Source of the DNA: an uncultured delta proteobacterium
GTDB taxonomy: Bacteria; Myxococcota_A; Polyangia; Polyangiales; B10-G4
Length of the DNA stretch: 64,000 bases
Assembly (NCBI GenBank): GCA_963727445.1
Contig: CAVSGI010000009.1
Location: forward strand, 640,001 to 704,000
Direction of reading: 5' to 3'
Within the stretch, counting starts at the first letter, position 1. Each line of letters opens with the position of its first letter. Below are positions 1 through 9,644 of this stretch, one piece after another. A model generated the notes under the pieces. That model saw only the letters and a list, made by a program, of their open reading frames with translations, did not search any database and was not told the DNA's origin. The translations under genes and the position numbers were made by a program.

Positions 1-132
1 CGCTCCGCGCCCGTCCTTCTCCATCACCAGGATGTCTTCCGGCTCGAAGTGCGCGCTGAGCAGTTGCTGAACCGCCTTCTGCGCCTTCTTCGCGTCGCCG
101 AAGACCCCACTGACTTTGCGAATGTCCTTCAT
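1..132 (-). CDS. N-terminal fragment of a hypothetical protein, YflT/general-stress-like start (runs off the window)
   Basis: Manual translation from ATG at 132: MKDIRKVSGVFGDAKKAQKAVQQLLSAHFEPEDILVMEKDG; purine-rich RBS upstream; pattern GVF..A..AV..L...F....I.V. Confidence 0.55.
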   Translation of the reverse strand, partial: MKDIRKVSGVFGDAKKAQKAVQQLLSAHFEPEDILVMEKDGRGA

Positions 133-236
133 GGTCGAACCCCTTCAGGCCCTTCTAGGTGCACACGCCATGCCCGTCGACATCATTGGGCTATTTTTCT
201 GGACTGAAACCACCTGCGACGCGGCGTTGCAGGAGC

Positions 237-998
237 TCAGGGACAGTTGGGATTGGCCGCGCCCGGTGTGCCCCGGTCGATGTCCCCCCCGACCCGGTTG
301 TACTCGTCCATCCCCCCGCACCAACTGCCCACCAGGTCGTTGGCGTCTGCGTCGAGAGAGTCGGGGTCGAGGCTGAGGCTCACGCCCTGTCCCCACGGCC
401 AGGTCGGGTAGGGCTGATAGGCGACCACGTCGACGATGGTCGCGCCGCACTGCAGGGTGAGGGAGTCGGGGTCGGGCGGATTCGCGAGGCGCATCCCCGA
501 GCTGTAGACGTAGTCGGGGGCGAAGCCGGGCGACGCGCTGATGGCGAAGGAGAGGTAGTCGCCGGGCGCGAGCATGACGCCGGACGGCATCTCCGCGGCG
601 CCGCCGTCGTCGTAGAACGAGCAGCCGTCGAGGCTGTACGTCGTGGTCGTGCTCGGGTTGTGCAACTCGAACCACTCGCCCGAGGTGTCCCCCACGGCTT
701 TCGAGTCGGGCATCAGCTCCGAGATCACGATGTCGCCCGCGCCCGGCGTGGCGACGCCTCCGTCCGGTGTGCTGGTATCGGTGGCCCCTGTGTCGGTTCC
801 CGTGCCGGTGTCGGTCGTGCCGGTGTCGGTCGTGCTCGTGTCGACGGAGGAGTCGGTCGGCGTTCCGGTGTCGCCTCCATCCACGGTGACGCTGGTGTCG
901 GTTGCGCCATCGATCGCGGCGTCGAAGTCGATCTCCGCGGACGAGCAGGCCGCGACCGTCAACAGGCCGATGGCCAGGAGCTCAGAACGTACCAGCAC
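237..998 (-). CDS. Lamin-tail-domain (LTD) lipoprotein
   Basis: Lipobox VAAC; D/T/G linker; IVISELMPD...GEWFELHNP and C-terminal GTPGAAN typical of LTD. Confidence 0.85.
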   Translation of the reverse strand: MLVRSELLAIGLLTVAACSSAEIDFDAAIDGATDTSVTVDGGDTGTPTDSSVDTSTTDTGTTDTGTGTDTGATDTSTPDGGVATPGAGDIVISELMPDSKAVGDTSGEWFELHNPSTTTTYSLDGCSFYDDGGAAEMPSGVMLAPGDYLSFAISASPGFAPDYVYSSGMRLANPPDPDSLTLQCGATIVDVVAYQPYPTWPWGQGVSLSLDPDSLDADANDLVGSWCGGMDEYNRVGGDIDRGTPGAANPNCP

Positions 999-1941
999 AG
1001 CTCATCCCCATTGGTGTGGGCCCACATGCGACCGAGGCCCGGTCTTCGTCTTCGCCGCCGCCCGAGACCAGCAGGATCACGCCGGCGGTGGCGGCGATGG
1101 TGGCGGCGGCGATCAGACCGATGGTGACGCCGCCTGCCGCGGTCTGTTCGCTGTGAAGGGTGTCGAGGTTGTGGCACGCGGCTCCGGCGTCTTCGCAGCG
1201 CCCCACCTCCGAGCCACGTCCCGACCACCAGACGCCGGCGGCGGCGGCGCCGCCCAGGAGGGCGCCCGCGGTGGCCAGGAGCACGATGCCCGGAACCGAG
1301 ACGCCACCGTCGTCGTCGGAGCCGCTGGTGCTCGGCGCGGGTGCGCCGGGCGACGCGGTGGAGAGGGGCGCGCTTGCGGCGGCAGCATCGATGGTGAGCG
1401 CTTCTTCCTCACCGCCCTGCACCGTGACGGTCCGCGAGGTCTCCCGGCATTCGGCGCAGCGCACCGACAGCTGGTGGTCCCCGAGGTCGAGGAGCAGGGA
1501 CCCGTCGGGGCCGAGCTCGGCAGGTGCTCCGTCCACGTACAGGGCCGCGCCCTCGGGCTCGACCCGAACGGTGTAGCGGCCGACGAAAGTGCGCGCGCGG
1601 TCGATCAGCTCCTGCACCGACTGGCGCTGTTCGTCGGTCAAGGGACGCACCGGATGGGCGAGCGAGCCCTCGAGGGCGCGAATGCTCTCCACGTATTCGC
1701 GAAGCTCGAAGGAGGCCATCCCAATCCCGCGGAGGGTCCGCGCATTCGGCTGCTCCTCGTGCGCGCGGGTGAAGAGCGCGCGCGCCTCTCGATAGTTCCC
1801 GGCGTCGTACTCCCCGAGCGCTTCGCGCAGGATGCGCGTGTACTCCGCCGTCTCCGGAGGGTCGGTCGATTGCGCCCGCGTGAGGCTCGGCACGAAGGCG
1901 AGCGAGGCGGCGAGAGCGAGAGTGAACATGAGTCGCTTCAT
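982..1941 (-). CDS. Secreted TPR + PEGA domain protein with C-terminal hydrophobic hairpin
   Basis: Signal peptide; TPR (YDAGNYREARALF...); PEGA (VRVEPEGAALYVDG); two Gly/Ala-rich hydrophobic segments; ends GMSCAGTF; start overlaps the kinase stop. Confidence 0.85.
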   Translation of the reverse strand: MKRLMFTLALAASLAFVPSLTRAQSTDPPETAEYTRILREALGEYDAGNYREARALFTRAHEEQPNARTLRGIGMASFELREYVESIRALEGSLAHPVRPLTDEQRQSVQELIDRARTFVGRYTVRVEPEGAALYVDGAPAELGPDGSLLLDLGDHQLSVRCAECRETSRTVTVQGGEEEALTIDAAAASAPLSTASPGAPAPSTSGSDDDGGVSVPGIVLLATAGALLGGAAAAGVWWSGRGSEVGRCEDAGAACHNLDTLHSEQTAAGGVTIGLIAAATIAATAGVILLVSGGGEDEDRASVACGPTPMGMSCAGTF

Positions 1942-3533
1942 CAGAAGTCCTCGAGCGAGAGCGAGCCCGCGCGATGGCCGCCCATCATGGGGCTCGCTTG
2001 CATGGCGGGCGCCTCTGACGTCGTCATGCGCGTGGTCGCGGCGCGCCTCCGGCGCATGGTCGTCATGGTGGAGGAGGACGCGGCGGCTCGATGGGGATCC
2101 GACTCCGAGTCCGCGACCGTCTCCGTCTCCGAGTCCGCGACCGTCTCCGTCTCCGAGTCCGCGACCGTCTCCGACTCCGAGTCCGCGACCGTCTCCGTCT
2201 CCGTCTCCGACTCAGAGTCCGCCACCGTTTCGGTCGCCTCCAACGGCGTCACACTCCCCCCCTCCCCGAGGATCATCGGCTCCGCGTCCTCCTCCTCCAC
2301 TCCCGAGGAAACGGCGGCGACGGCGACGATCACGGCGAGCACCAGGGCGGCGGCAGCGACTATCGGCAAGACCAGGCGGCTGCGCTTTTCGGGCGCCGCG
2401 GGCGGCTCCCCCTCGGACTCGTGCCATGCGGCGGATGGGCCCTTGTTCGGGTCGGGCTTCGATTGGGGCCGCTCGACGCTGGTCTCGAAGGCGTCCGGGA
2501 TGGACTTGCGGGGGCCGCTCGCCTCGAGGTCGGTGTCGGCGAGGGTCGCTGCGTGAGAATCCGCGAGCACCAGGGGGTGGTCCGGGGGCGGGGTGCTCGC
2601 GCGCGGGAGCTTGATCTTCTGCGTCCACTCCGCGCTCCGCAGGCTGAAGGTGACACCGCCCGCGAAGGGCTCGAGAGCCTCGCCGAAGCTACGCGCGTCC
2701 GGGTACCGTTCGTCGCGATTGCGCGACATGGCGCGCGTGATCACCGCCGCGAGCTCGTCGCTCACCTCCGGGCAGAGCTCGCGCAGGTCCGGCGGCGTGC
2801 CCGTCGCGATCTCGACGACCAGACCCGAGTAGTTCTCCGCGACGAAAGGAGGGCGTCCGGCGATCATCTCGTAGAGGACGACGCCGGCCGCGTAGACGTC
2901 GATGCGGTGATCGAGATCCTGCATGCCGCGGATCTGTTCGGGCGCCATGTAGTAGGGCGTGCCGATGATCATGCCGGTGCGCGTGACGCTCAGCCCCTCG
3001 CGCATCTCGTCGGTCATCTTCGAGACACCGAAGTCGAGGACCTTGGTGTTGCGCGGCGTTCCGTCCGGTCCGAGGCAGACGAAGACGTTCTCCGGCTTGA
3101 GGTCGCGGTGGATGACCTGGTTGTCGTGCGCCGCGCCGATGCCGCGGAGCACCGGCATGATGAGTTGCACGGCAGGCTCGGGGGGGATCGGCCCCTGCTT
3201 CATCAACTTGTAGAGGCTGTAGCCCTTGAGGAGCTCCATCACCAGGAAGCTCGAGGGGCCATCCCGGCCCACGTCGTAGACGGTCACGACGTTGGGGTGA
3301 TCGATGCGCCCCGCCGCCCGGGCCTCGCGCTCGAAGCGCGCGATCATCTCCATGTCGGTCTGACGCTCGGCCAGGAGCCACTTCAGCGCGACGCGCTTGC
3401 CGGTGCCCTGGTTGCGGGCGGCGTAGACGGACCCCATCGCGCCCCTCCCGAGGAGCGCCTCGATCTTGTACTTGCCGGCGACGACGTCACCTGGCCGCGG
3501 CTCCGCTCGACGTACCTCCGGTTCGGTCCCCAC
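1941..3533 (-). CDS. Membrane-anchored Hanks-type Ser/Thr protein kinase
   Basis: GRGAMG, VALK, HRDLKPEN, DFG, GTPYYMAPEQ; one TM; periplasmic low-complexity tail. Confidence 0.95.
   Translation of the reverse strand: MGTEPEVRRAEPRPGDVVAGKYKIEALLGRGAMGSVYAARNQGTGKRVALKWLLAERQTDMEMIARFEREARAAGRIDHPNVVTVYDVGRDGPSSFLVMELLKGYSLYKLMKQGPIPPEPAVQLIMPVLRGIGAAHDNQVIHRDLKPENVFVCLGPDGTPRNTKVLDFGVSKMTDEMREGLSVTRTGMIIGTPYYMAPEQIRGMQDLDHRIDVYAAGVVLYEMIAGRPPFVAENYSGLVVEIATGTPPDLRELCPEVSDELAAVITRAMSRNRDERYPDARSFGEALEPFAGGVTFSLRSAEWTQKIKLPRASTPPPDHPLVLADSHAATLADTDLEASGPRKSIPDAFETSVERPQSKPDPNKGPSAAWHESEGEPPAAPEKRSRLVLPIVAAAALVLAVIVAVAAVSSGVEEEDAEPMILGEGGSVTPLEATETVADSESETETETVADSESETVADSETETVADSETETVADSESDPHRAAASSSTMTTMRRRRAATTRMTTSEAPAMQASPMMGGHRAGSLSLEDF
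2101..2235 (-). repeat. In-frame tandem repeat encoding (ET)nVADSES in the kinase tail
   Basis: About 5 imperfect copies of ccgagtccgcgaccgtct(ccgtct)n. Confidence 0.8.
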
Positions 3534-3569
3534 GTAGGGCCGATGCTACCACCGCCCGGGCAGGATCGG

Positions 3570-4775
3570 TCAGTCCCAGCGCGAGGTCACGGTGAGTGTC
3601 CAGCTACGGAGCACTCCGTCGCCGCGGCCGCCGACGTTCTGAACGAGGAGCTCGTAGACGCCGTTCACCATGTCGTCGCGGTAGATCGCGTGGTCGACGT
3701 AGTGCGTCGGGAGCGGGCCGCTCATGGTGGCGCCGTCCCAGAGCGTCACCGCCTCCTGGCCGGTCGGCGGCTGAAGGCCGATCCACAGGCTCGACGGATC
3801 CGAGTGCTCGATGTCGATGTCGAGGAGGATGTCCTCCGGCACCGAGGCCTGACCCCGGACGACGACGGGATAAGCGGTGGGCTCGCTCATGGCGACGGAG
3901 GGGATGCTGCTCTCGCCGCCCACCGTGAAGCTGTCGCGCATCCACTTCTCGGCGCAGTAGCCGCCGCTGTAGACCGTCTGGCCGATGCAGATGTGCTCGG
4001 GGTGGCATTCGGCGTCTTCGCTGCAAGGCGCCTGGATGCCGGGGTAGCTCGCGAGGTCGGCGCACTTGCCCCAACCTTCGACCTTGCCGACGCAGCGGCC
4101 GGGAGCGCCTTCGCAGATGTCGTCGTTCTCGCAGAGCGCGCGCGCTTCGTCCGAGGTCACGGCGTCGAGGAGATGCTCCATCGTGCGCGGCCCGACCCAG
4201 TAGAGATCGGAGAGGATGGCGACGGTCGCGATCGGGCGTGCCTCGAGGATGGACGTCGCGCTCCGGGAGGGAACGCTCGCCGCCGAGAGCTCGTCGGGGG
4301 TCGCGGTGTTTGCGAAGGAGAGGATGCGCTCGCCCTCGGCGTAGGTCAGCTCGAGGCCGTCGAAGGTGCCGAGCACCTCGTCGTCGCCCGGCAGGTAGTC
4401 GTTGAGAAAGGCGAACTCGGCGAGGGTCTCGAGCGCTACCGGGCCGACACGCGGGACGTCGTCGACCTCCGCGATGTCGTCGAAGCCGTCGTCGTCGTCG
4501 GTGCCGAAGATCCCGTCGGGCCCGTCACGATGCGCGATCAGGTTCTCGGCCGCGTCGCTGCGCAGCTGGACGACGTAATCGAGGAAGTCGACGGAGGTTC
4601 CTTCCCCGTCGTTGAGGAGTCGAAGGACGCCGTAGCCGGTACGGGTCCCTTCGAGCGCCGAGGAGGTGCCGTCGGCTTTGCCGTCCACGCCTGCGGACGC
4701 CTCTTCGTCGAGCGGGGCAGTGCAGCCCGCGAGAGCCACGAGGATGACGAAGGGGAGGGCAGGGGAGCGGCGCAT
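3570..4775 (-). CDS. Lipoprotein with two ComEA-like helix-hairpin-helix units, Cys-rich linker and C-terminal proprotein-convertase P-domain
   Basis: Lipobox LAGC then GKAD; VPRVGPVALETL and LYWVGPRTMEHL HhH-like motifs; DIDIEH...LWIGL...NGVYELLV...LRSWTLT P-domain pattern. Confidence 0.75.
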   Translation of the reverse strand: MRRSPALPFVILVALAGCTAPLDEEASAGVDGKADGTSSALEGTRTGYGVLRLLNDGEGTSVDFLDYVVQLRSDAAENLIAHRDGPDGIFGTDDDDGFDDIAEVDDVPRVGPVALETLAEFAFLNDYLPGDDEVLGTFDGLELTYAEGERILSFANTATPDELSAASVPSRSATSILEARPIATVAILSDLYWVGPRTMEHLLDAVTSDEARALCENDDICEGAPGRCVGKVEGWGKCADLASYPGIQAPCSEDAECHPEHICIGQTVYSGGYCAEKWMRDSFTVGGESSIPSVAMSEPTAYPVVVRGQASVPEDILLDIDIEHSDPSSLWIGLQPPTGQEAVTLWDGATMSGPLPTHYVDHAIYRDDMVNGVYELLVQNVGGRGDGVLRSWTLTVTSRWD

Positions 4776-4915
4776 GAGCGGCCGCCGTGCAACGGGGATA
4801 CCAGCCGCCGGGCCGGCGATAGGAAGGGGTTCGGGGGGGGTGGGTGGCGACGCGAGTAGCCACCATGACATCCCTGTCCACTTGCGCGATGGCGAGCGCG
4901 TCCCAAGAAGGGCCC

Positions 4916-5836
4916 ATGTCTCTCGTCTCTCTTGTCCGCGGTCGTCGCGGCGACAACGGCTTCGGCTACGCATCGACGGCGGAAGAGGTCACCGCCGGCG
5001 TCGACCTCACGGGCAAGAGCATCCTCATCACTGGCGTCAACTCCGGTATCGGCGAGGAGAGCGCGCGGGTGCTTCATCTTCGAGGCGCCCGCATCCTCGG
5101 ATCGGCCCGCAGCGCAGACAAAGCGGAGGGGGCCTGCAAACGCTTTGGCGACGATGCGGTGCCGCTCACGTGTGAGCTCTCGGATCCCGCGTCGATCCGC
5201 ACGTGCGTCGCGCACGTGAAGGCGCTGGGGATCCGGCTCGACGTGATCATGTGCAACGCCGGCGTGATGAACCTTCCCGAGCGCGAAGTGGTGCACGGTC
5301 AGGAGCGGCAGTTCTTCACGAACCACGTCGGACACTTCATGCTCGTCACCGGCCTGTTGGACACGCTCGCCGATGATGGCCGGGTGGTGATGCTCTCCAG
5401 CACCGCGCACTTCGGCGCGCCCCGCGAGGGCATCTGCTTCGACGACCTCTCCCTTTCGCGGAGCTACAACCCGCGCCGGGCGTATGGTCAGTCGAAGCTC
5501 GCCAACCTGCTCTTCGCCCGCGCCCTCGCCAAGCGATTCGAGGGCAGCCACCGCACCGCCAACGCCGTTCACCCGGGCGTGATCGCGACCAACCTGACGC
5601 GCCACATGAGCAAGACGGTCAACGCGCTCGTCCCGCTCGTCTCGGCCCTCGCCATGAAGAGCATCCCCCAGGGCGCCGCGACCCAGTGCTACGTCGCGGC
5701 CCACCCCGACGCCGCCCGGATCAACGGCGAGTACTGGGCAGACGTCAACGTCGCCCGCTCCTCGAAGAACGGTCGCGACCTCGCGATGGCAGAGCGCCTG
5801 TGGGAGGTCACGGAAGAGATCGTCGCCGGGCTCTGA
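4916..5836 (+). CDS. Short-chain dehydrogenase/reductase (retinol-DH/WWOX-like)
   Basis: TGVNSGIG, NAGVM, NHVGHF, YGQSK, VHPG. Confidence 0.92.
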   Translation: MSLVSLVRGRRGDNGFGYASTAEEVTAGVDLTGKSILITGVNSGIGEESARVLHLRGARILGSARSADKAEGACKRFGDDAVPLTCELSDPASIRTCVAHVKALGIRLDVIMCNAGVMNLPEREVVHGQERQFFTNHVGHFMLVTGLLDTLADDGRVVMLSSTAHFGAPREGICFDDLSLSRSYNPRRAYGQSKLANLLFARALAKRFEGSHRTANAVHPGVIATNLTRHMSKTVNALVPLVSALAMKSIPQGAATQCYVAAHPDAARINGEYWADVNVARSSKNGRDLAMAERLWEVTEEIVAGL

Positions 5837-5842
5837 GCGCCT

Positions 5843-7588
5843 TCAGCAGCTCCCGCCGAACGGCGCGCAGAAGTTGTGGCCCGGGCAGTCGTGGCAGTAG
5901 AAGTTGCCGCCGCAGCCGCCGCCGCTGCAGACGCCGTTCGAGGCGCATTGGCACTGGCAGAAAGCCGGCGGGGCGGAGGTGTCGTAGCAGGTTGCGCGCG
6001 AGCCGTACTCCATCTGGCACATGGAGTTGGTGGAGCAGCCGCGGCAGGCGTAGCCGCCGGTGCCGGTGGAGCGGCAGGTCAGGCCGATGGCGTTGCAGCT
6101 GACGTTGCAGGCCCCGCAATGGCCGTTGGCGGTGAGGTCGCGACAGACGCCGCTGCAGCAGCGGTTCCATCTCCCGCCGCACGACGTCCCGTTGGGCACG
6201 CTCCGTGAGCAGTCGCGACTCTCCATCGTCGTCTGGGTGGTGCAGGTGCCGGCGACGCAGGTCTGGGCGTTGACGTTTCGCGATTGGGTTCCGGTCTCGT
6301 CGCAGTCGTCGGCCCATCCGCCGCAAGGAGCCCACATCTCGTAGGTGGTGGTGCCGCACGTCGTCCCATCGGTGTCGCGCATGCACGCCTGGCTCTCGCT
6401 GGTGGTCTCCACCGTGCACGTGCCCGAGACGCAGCGCGGGGTCATCACCATCTGGCTCTGCGTCCCCATCTCGCCGCAGGTGCCCTCGTAGCCGCCGCAG
6501 GGGCCCCACATCCCGGTGGTCACCGAGCCGCAATCGGTGTCGGAGCCGCACGCCTCGCAGAGCATGGTGGACTCGTTGCAGAAGGAGGGGCAGGGCGGCG
6601 AGGCGTGGGCGGAGCAGGTCCCGTCCGCGCAGCTGTCGGTGCCGTTGCACCACGAGCCGTCGTCACAATCGGCGGTGTTGTTCGTGCTGTGGCAGCCCTC
6701 CACCGGATCGCAGCTGTCGTCGGTGCAATCGTTTCCGTCGTCGCAATCGATCGCGGTTCCGCCGCAGGTTCCATCGGACTGACACGCGTCGTCCGTGGTG
6801 CAGACGCTCCCGTCGTCGCACGAGACACCGGCGCAATCGGCATCCGCGCAGTCGATGTCGCCGTCGCAGTCGTCGTCGAGGCCGTCGGTGCACGAGGTCT
6901 CGCTGGCGGGGCAATCGGGGCCGGCGTCGCTCGTGTCGAGGCTCGGCACGCAGCCGTCGACGGGGACGCAGACCTCGTTCGGCGCGCAGGACGCGTCGTC
7001 GAGGACCACGAAGCACTCGCTGTCGACGCAGCTCCCGCTCCCGCACGACACCGAGTCGGGGCACTCGGTGTCGTCGGCGCAACCGAGCGCACCGCAAAAC
7101 TCCGGGGTCTCGGGGCTGCACCGCGGGTCCACGCAGCGGCCGCCCACGCACGCCGTGAGCGCGGCGTCCTCGCCCGCGTTCGGGCAGACCACGTCGCGGC
7201 AGCTCCCGGTGACGAGGACCGTGAGCGCGTAAGTGCCGCTCATGGTCATGATGGTCGTCCGCTCCGCGACCACCGCGCCCGTCGCGTCGAGCAGGCGCAC
7301 CCGCACTTCGTGCGTCCCCTTCGGCACACCATCGAACTCCGCGATGCGCTGGCCCCCGAGGAAGCTCTCCCCCGTGGTCGCGACCCTGTCGGCGCTGAAG
7401 TCGGGCGTCCCCGGCAGCCCCATGGGGCCGACCTCCGTCCGGACGCCGACGAACTGCCGCCCGGCCACCAGGTCGGTCTTCAGCTCGACCAGGAGCTGAA
7501 AGTCGTCCCCCGAACACGAAAGTATGAAGAGGAAGAGCGGACAGGTCGCGGCGAGCAGCAGGAGACGACGTCCAAACAAGATGCCCAT
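5843..7588 (-). CDS. Cys-rich repeat lipoprotein
   Basis: Lipobox ILSC; beta-sandwich N-domain; CDDGNDCTDDSC, CTDGLDDDCDG and TSP1-like WGPC/WAPC repeats. Confidence 0.8.
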   Translation of the reverse strand: MGILFGRRLLLLAATCPLFLFILSCSGDDFQLLVELKTDLVAGRQFVGVRTEVGPMGLPGTPDFSADRVATTGESFLGGQRIAEFDGVPKGTHEVRVRLLDATGAVVAERTTIMTMSGTYALTVLVTGSCRDVVCPNAGEDAALTACVGGRCVDPRCSPETPEFCGALGCADDTECPDSVSCGSGSCVDSECFVVLDDASCAPNEVCVPVDGCVPSLDTSDAGPDCPASETSCTDGLDDDCDGDIDCADADCAGVSCDDGSVCTTDDACQSDGTCGGTAIDCDDGNDCTDDSCDPVEGCHSTNNTADCDDGSWCNGTDSCADGTCSAHASPPCPSFCNESTMLCEACGSDTDCGSVTTGMWGPCGGYEGTCGEMGTQSQMVMTPRCVSGTCTVETTSESQACMRDTDGTTCGTTTYEMWAPCGGWADDCDETGTQSRNVNAQTCVAGTCTTQTTMESRDCSRSVPNGTSCGGRWNRCCSGVCRDLTANGHCGACNVSCNAIGLTCRSTGTGGYACRGCSTNSMCQMEYGSRATCYDTSAPPAFCQCQCASNGVCSGGGCGGNFYCHDCPGHNFCAPFGGSC

Positions 7589-7651
7589 GAAGGTACACCG
7601 CTTCTTAGCGAGCTAGACGCCGTACCCCTGTCCGGTGTACGATATCTGCAC

Positions 7652-8392
7652 ATGCGTGACGTCCTCCTCATATCCATGGTCGTGTCGCTGATGGGCTGTG
7701 GCCGGCTCGGCTATGACGGCGCACCGACGGACATCGGGCTCGTGGGCCACTGGCCTTTCGACGACGCCGTGCTCCTGACCGACGCGTTCGGTGGCAACGA
7801 CATCACCTGCGATGGTGCCGAGTGCCCGACGTCCTCAGGGGGAGTGCTCGGTGGTGGCGCGAGCTTCGACGGATCGAGCTCCTGCGCCAACGTGCCCACC
7901 ATGGCGGATTGGATGAGCCCCGAGCTCACGATGTCGGCGTGGGTGAAGACGACGACGATGACGGGGCCCGTCGTGGTGCACGAGAGCGGCGACGGATGTC
8001 CCAGCCCCGCGATGGAGCTCAACGACGGCAGCCTGGGTCTGGTGCAGCTCAACACCTCGGACAGCTCGCACAACGAAGCCTGGACGCCCATCCCGATGAA
8101 CGGCGAGTGGCATCAGGTCGCGGTGCGCTGGGATGGAACCGACCAGCAGGTCTTCGTCGACGGCGTGTGCCTCTGCACCGCGACCCCCGAGCTCGCGCCC
8201 CTCGACAATCCCGAGCCGTTCACCATCGGGTGTTACCCCGGCGCGGGATCGATGTTCTCCGGTGAGCTGGACGAGGTGCGCGTCTACGATCGCGCGCTCG
8301 ATCCCTACGAGATGGCGAACCTGTACGCCGTCGGCGATCGCGTCGCGCCCCTGCCGATCGAGTGCCCGACGACCTGCTCCGAGACGCCCTGA
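7652..8392 (+). CDS. LamG/concanavalin-like jellyroll lipoprotein
   Basis: MGCGRLGYD lipobox; LVGHWPFD, TMSAWVK, WHQVAV, FSGELDEVRVYDRAL. Confidence 0.88.
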   Translation: MRDVLLISMVVSLMGCGRLGYDGAPTDIGLVGHWPFDDAVLLTDAFGGNDITCDGAECPTSSGGVLGGGASFDGSSSCANVPTMADWMSPELTMSAWVKTTTMTGPVVVHESGDGCPSPAMELNDGSLGLVQLNTSDSSHNEAWTPIPMNGEWHQVAVRWDGTDQQVFVDGVCLCTATPELAPLDNPEPFTIGCYPGAGSMFSGELDEVRVYDRALDPYEMANLYAVGDRVAPLPIECPTTCSETP

Positions 8393-8398
8393 GAGCCC

Positions 8399-9019
8399 TC
8401 AGCGGAACTTGATGCTGCAGCCGATCGCGCGCGTCTCGGCGCGCGGGACTGCCTCGCCCGCGACCACCGCGGCGAGCGCGTCACGCAGGAAGCGGGACTC
8501 GACGTGCTCCTCTTCGTGGGCGTTGTCGTCGATGGCGCCGTGGTAGACGAGGCGCCCGCGGCGGTCGAAGAGGAATGCTTCGGGCGTCTTGGTCGCGCCG
8601 AAGGCGCGCGCGACGTTCGAGGTCTCGTCCACGACGTAGGGGAAATGCATGCCCGCGGCGCGCGCTCGTCTTTGCATCTCCTCGAAGGAATCCTCGGTGT
8701 GCTGGGCGGGGTCGTTCGAGTTGATGGCGATCACGCCGATGCCGCGGCCGCGGTACTCGTTGCCGAGGGCGACGATGCGCGCTTCCCAGGCCTGCGCCCA
8801 GGGGCAGTGGTTGCAGGTGAAGATCACCAGCGTGCCCCGCTCGCCGCGGACCTGCCCGATGGTCTTCGTCTCCCCATCCACGTTGCGCATCCGCACGTTC
8901 CGCGAGGGGATGCGGTCGCCGAGGGAGACGCCCTCGTGCGCCTGCGCCGCGGCGACGTGCGGCGTGAGCAGGGCGGCGAAGGCGAGGAAGGCGAGGGCGG
9001 AGAGAATGGGCGTTCGCAT
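8399..9019 (-). CDS. Exported thioredoxin-family (AhpC/TSA-like) protein
   Basis: FTCNHCPW, AINSND, ATKTPE, YHGAIDD, GCSIK; signal peptide. Confidence 0.9.
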   Translation of the reverse strand: MRTPILSALAFLAFAALLTPHVAAAQAHEGVSLGDRIPSRNVRMRNVDGETKTIGQVRGERGTLVIFTCNHCPWAQAWEARIVALGNEYRGRGIGVIAINSNDPAQHTEDSFEEMQRRARAAGMHFPYVVDETSNVARAFGATKTPEAFLFDRRGRLVYHGAIDDNAHEEEHVESRFLRDALAAVVAGEAVPRAETRAIGCSIKFR

Positions 9020-9033
9020 CGTCGTGGACCTCA

Positions 9034-9600
9034 TCAGCTCGCGCTCTCGGCGAGCGCATTTTCGATGGCGGGGCGGAGCAGCTCGAGATCGACGGGCCGC
9101 TCCCAGAAATGCTTCACCTCGCGGCTGGCATCGAGCAGAAGCGTGGCCGGCAGAGAGCCGGTCCACTCGTCATGAAGCGCGCGGATGAAGCGATCTTCGG
9201 ACCCCGTCTTCAGGTAGCTCGGGAAGGGCGCGCCCTGGGACCGCAAGAACACCAGCGCCGCGCCGCGCTGGGCCGGCGGGTCGGCGCTGATCAGCATCAG
9301 CCCGAGGCCCTGCGCACGATAGCGGGCGCCGATGGAGATGAGCTCCGGCATCTCCTCGACGCAAGGCTCGCAGTAGGTGGACCAGACGTTGACGAGCAGC
9401 ACGCGTCCCGGGTGCGCCCGCAGCGTGGCGGCGAGGTTGTCCGCGTCGACATCGGTCAGCTCTTCGGGGGCGGGCTCGGGCGTGGGCGCGGGTGCCTGGT
9501 GGACCTCCGGCGCCGGCTGCTCGGCCGCGCTCGTCTCCTCCGGGTCGTCGCACGCGCTCGCGGCGACGAGCGTCAGGCTCAGAGCGAGGAACATCCGCAT
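9034..9600 (-). CDS. TlpA-like thiol-disulfide oxidoreductase lipoprotein
   Basis: Lipobox ASAC; LVNVWSTYCEPCVEEMP; GSLPAT; GGAGG RBS before ATG at 9600. Confidence 0.9.
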   Translation of the reverse strand: MRMFLALSLTLVAASACDDPEETSAAEQPAPEVHQAPAPTPEPAPEELTDVDADNLAATLRAHPGRVLLVNVWSTYCEPCVEEMPELISIGARYRAQGLGLMLISADPPAQRGAALVFLRSQGAPFPSYLKTGSEDRFIRALHDEWTGSLPATLLLDASREVKHFWERPVDLELLRPAIENALAESAS

Positions 9601-9644
9601 CGCTCCTCCCTCGGACGAATCGTGCCCGCCGTCAAGCGCTGCGC

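Noticed and set aside
2091..4859. 922-aa plus-strand ORF and similar long antisense ORFs (51824-54376, 60881-62956, 35375-37411)
   Set aside because: Shadow ORFs of real genes in high-GC DNA with no family motifs.
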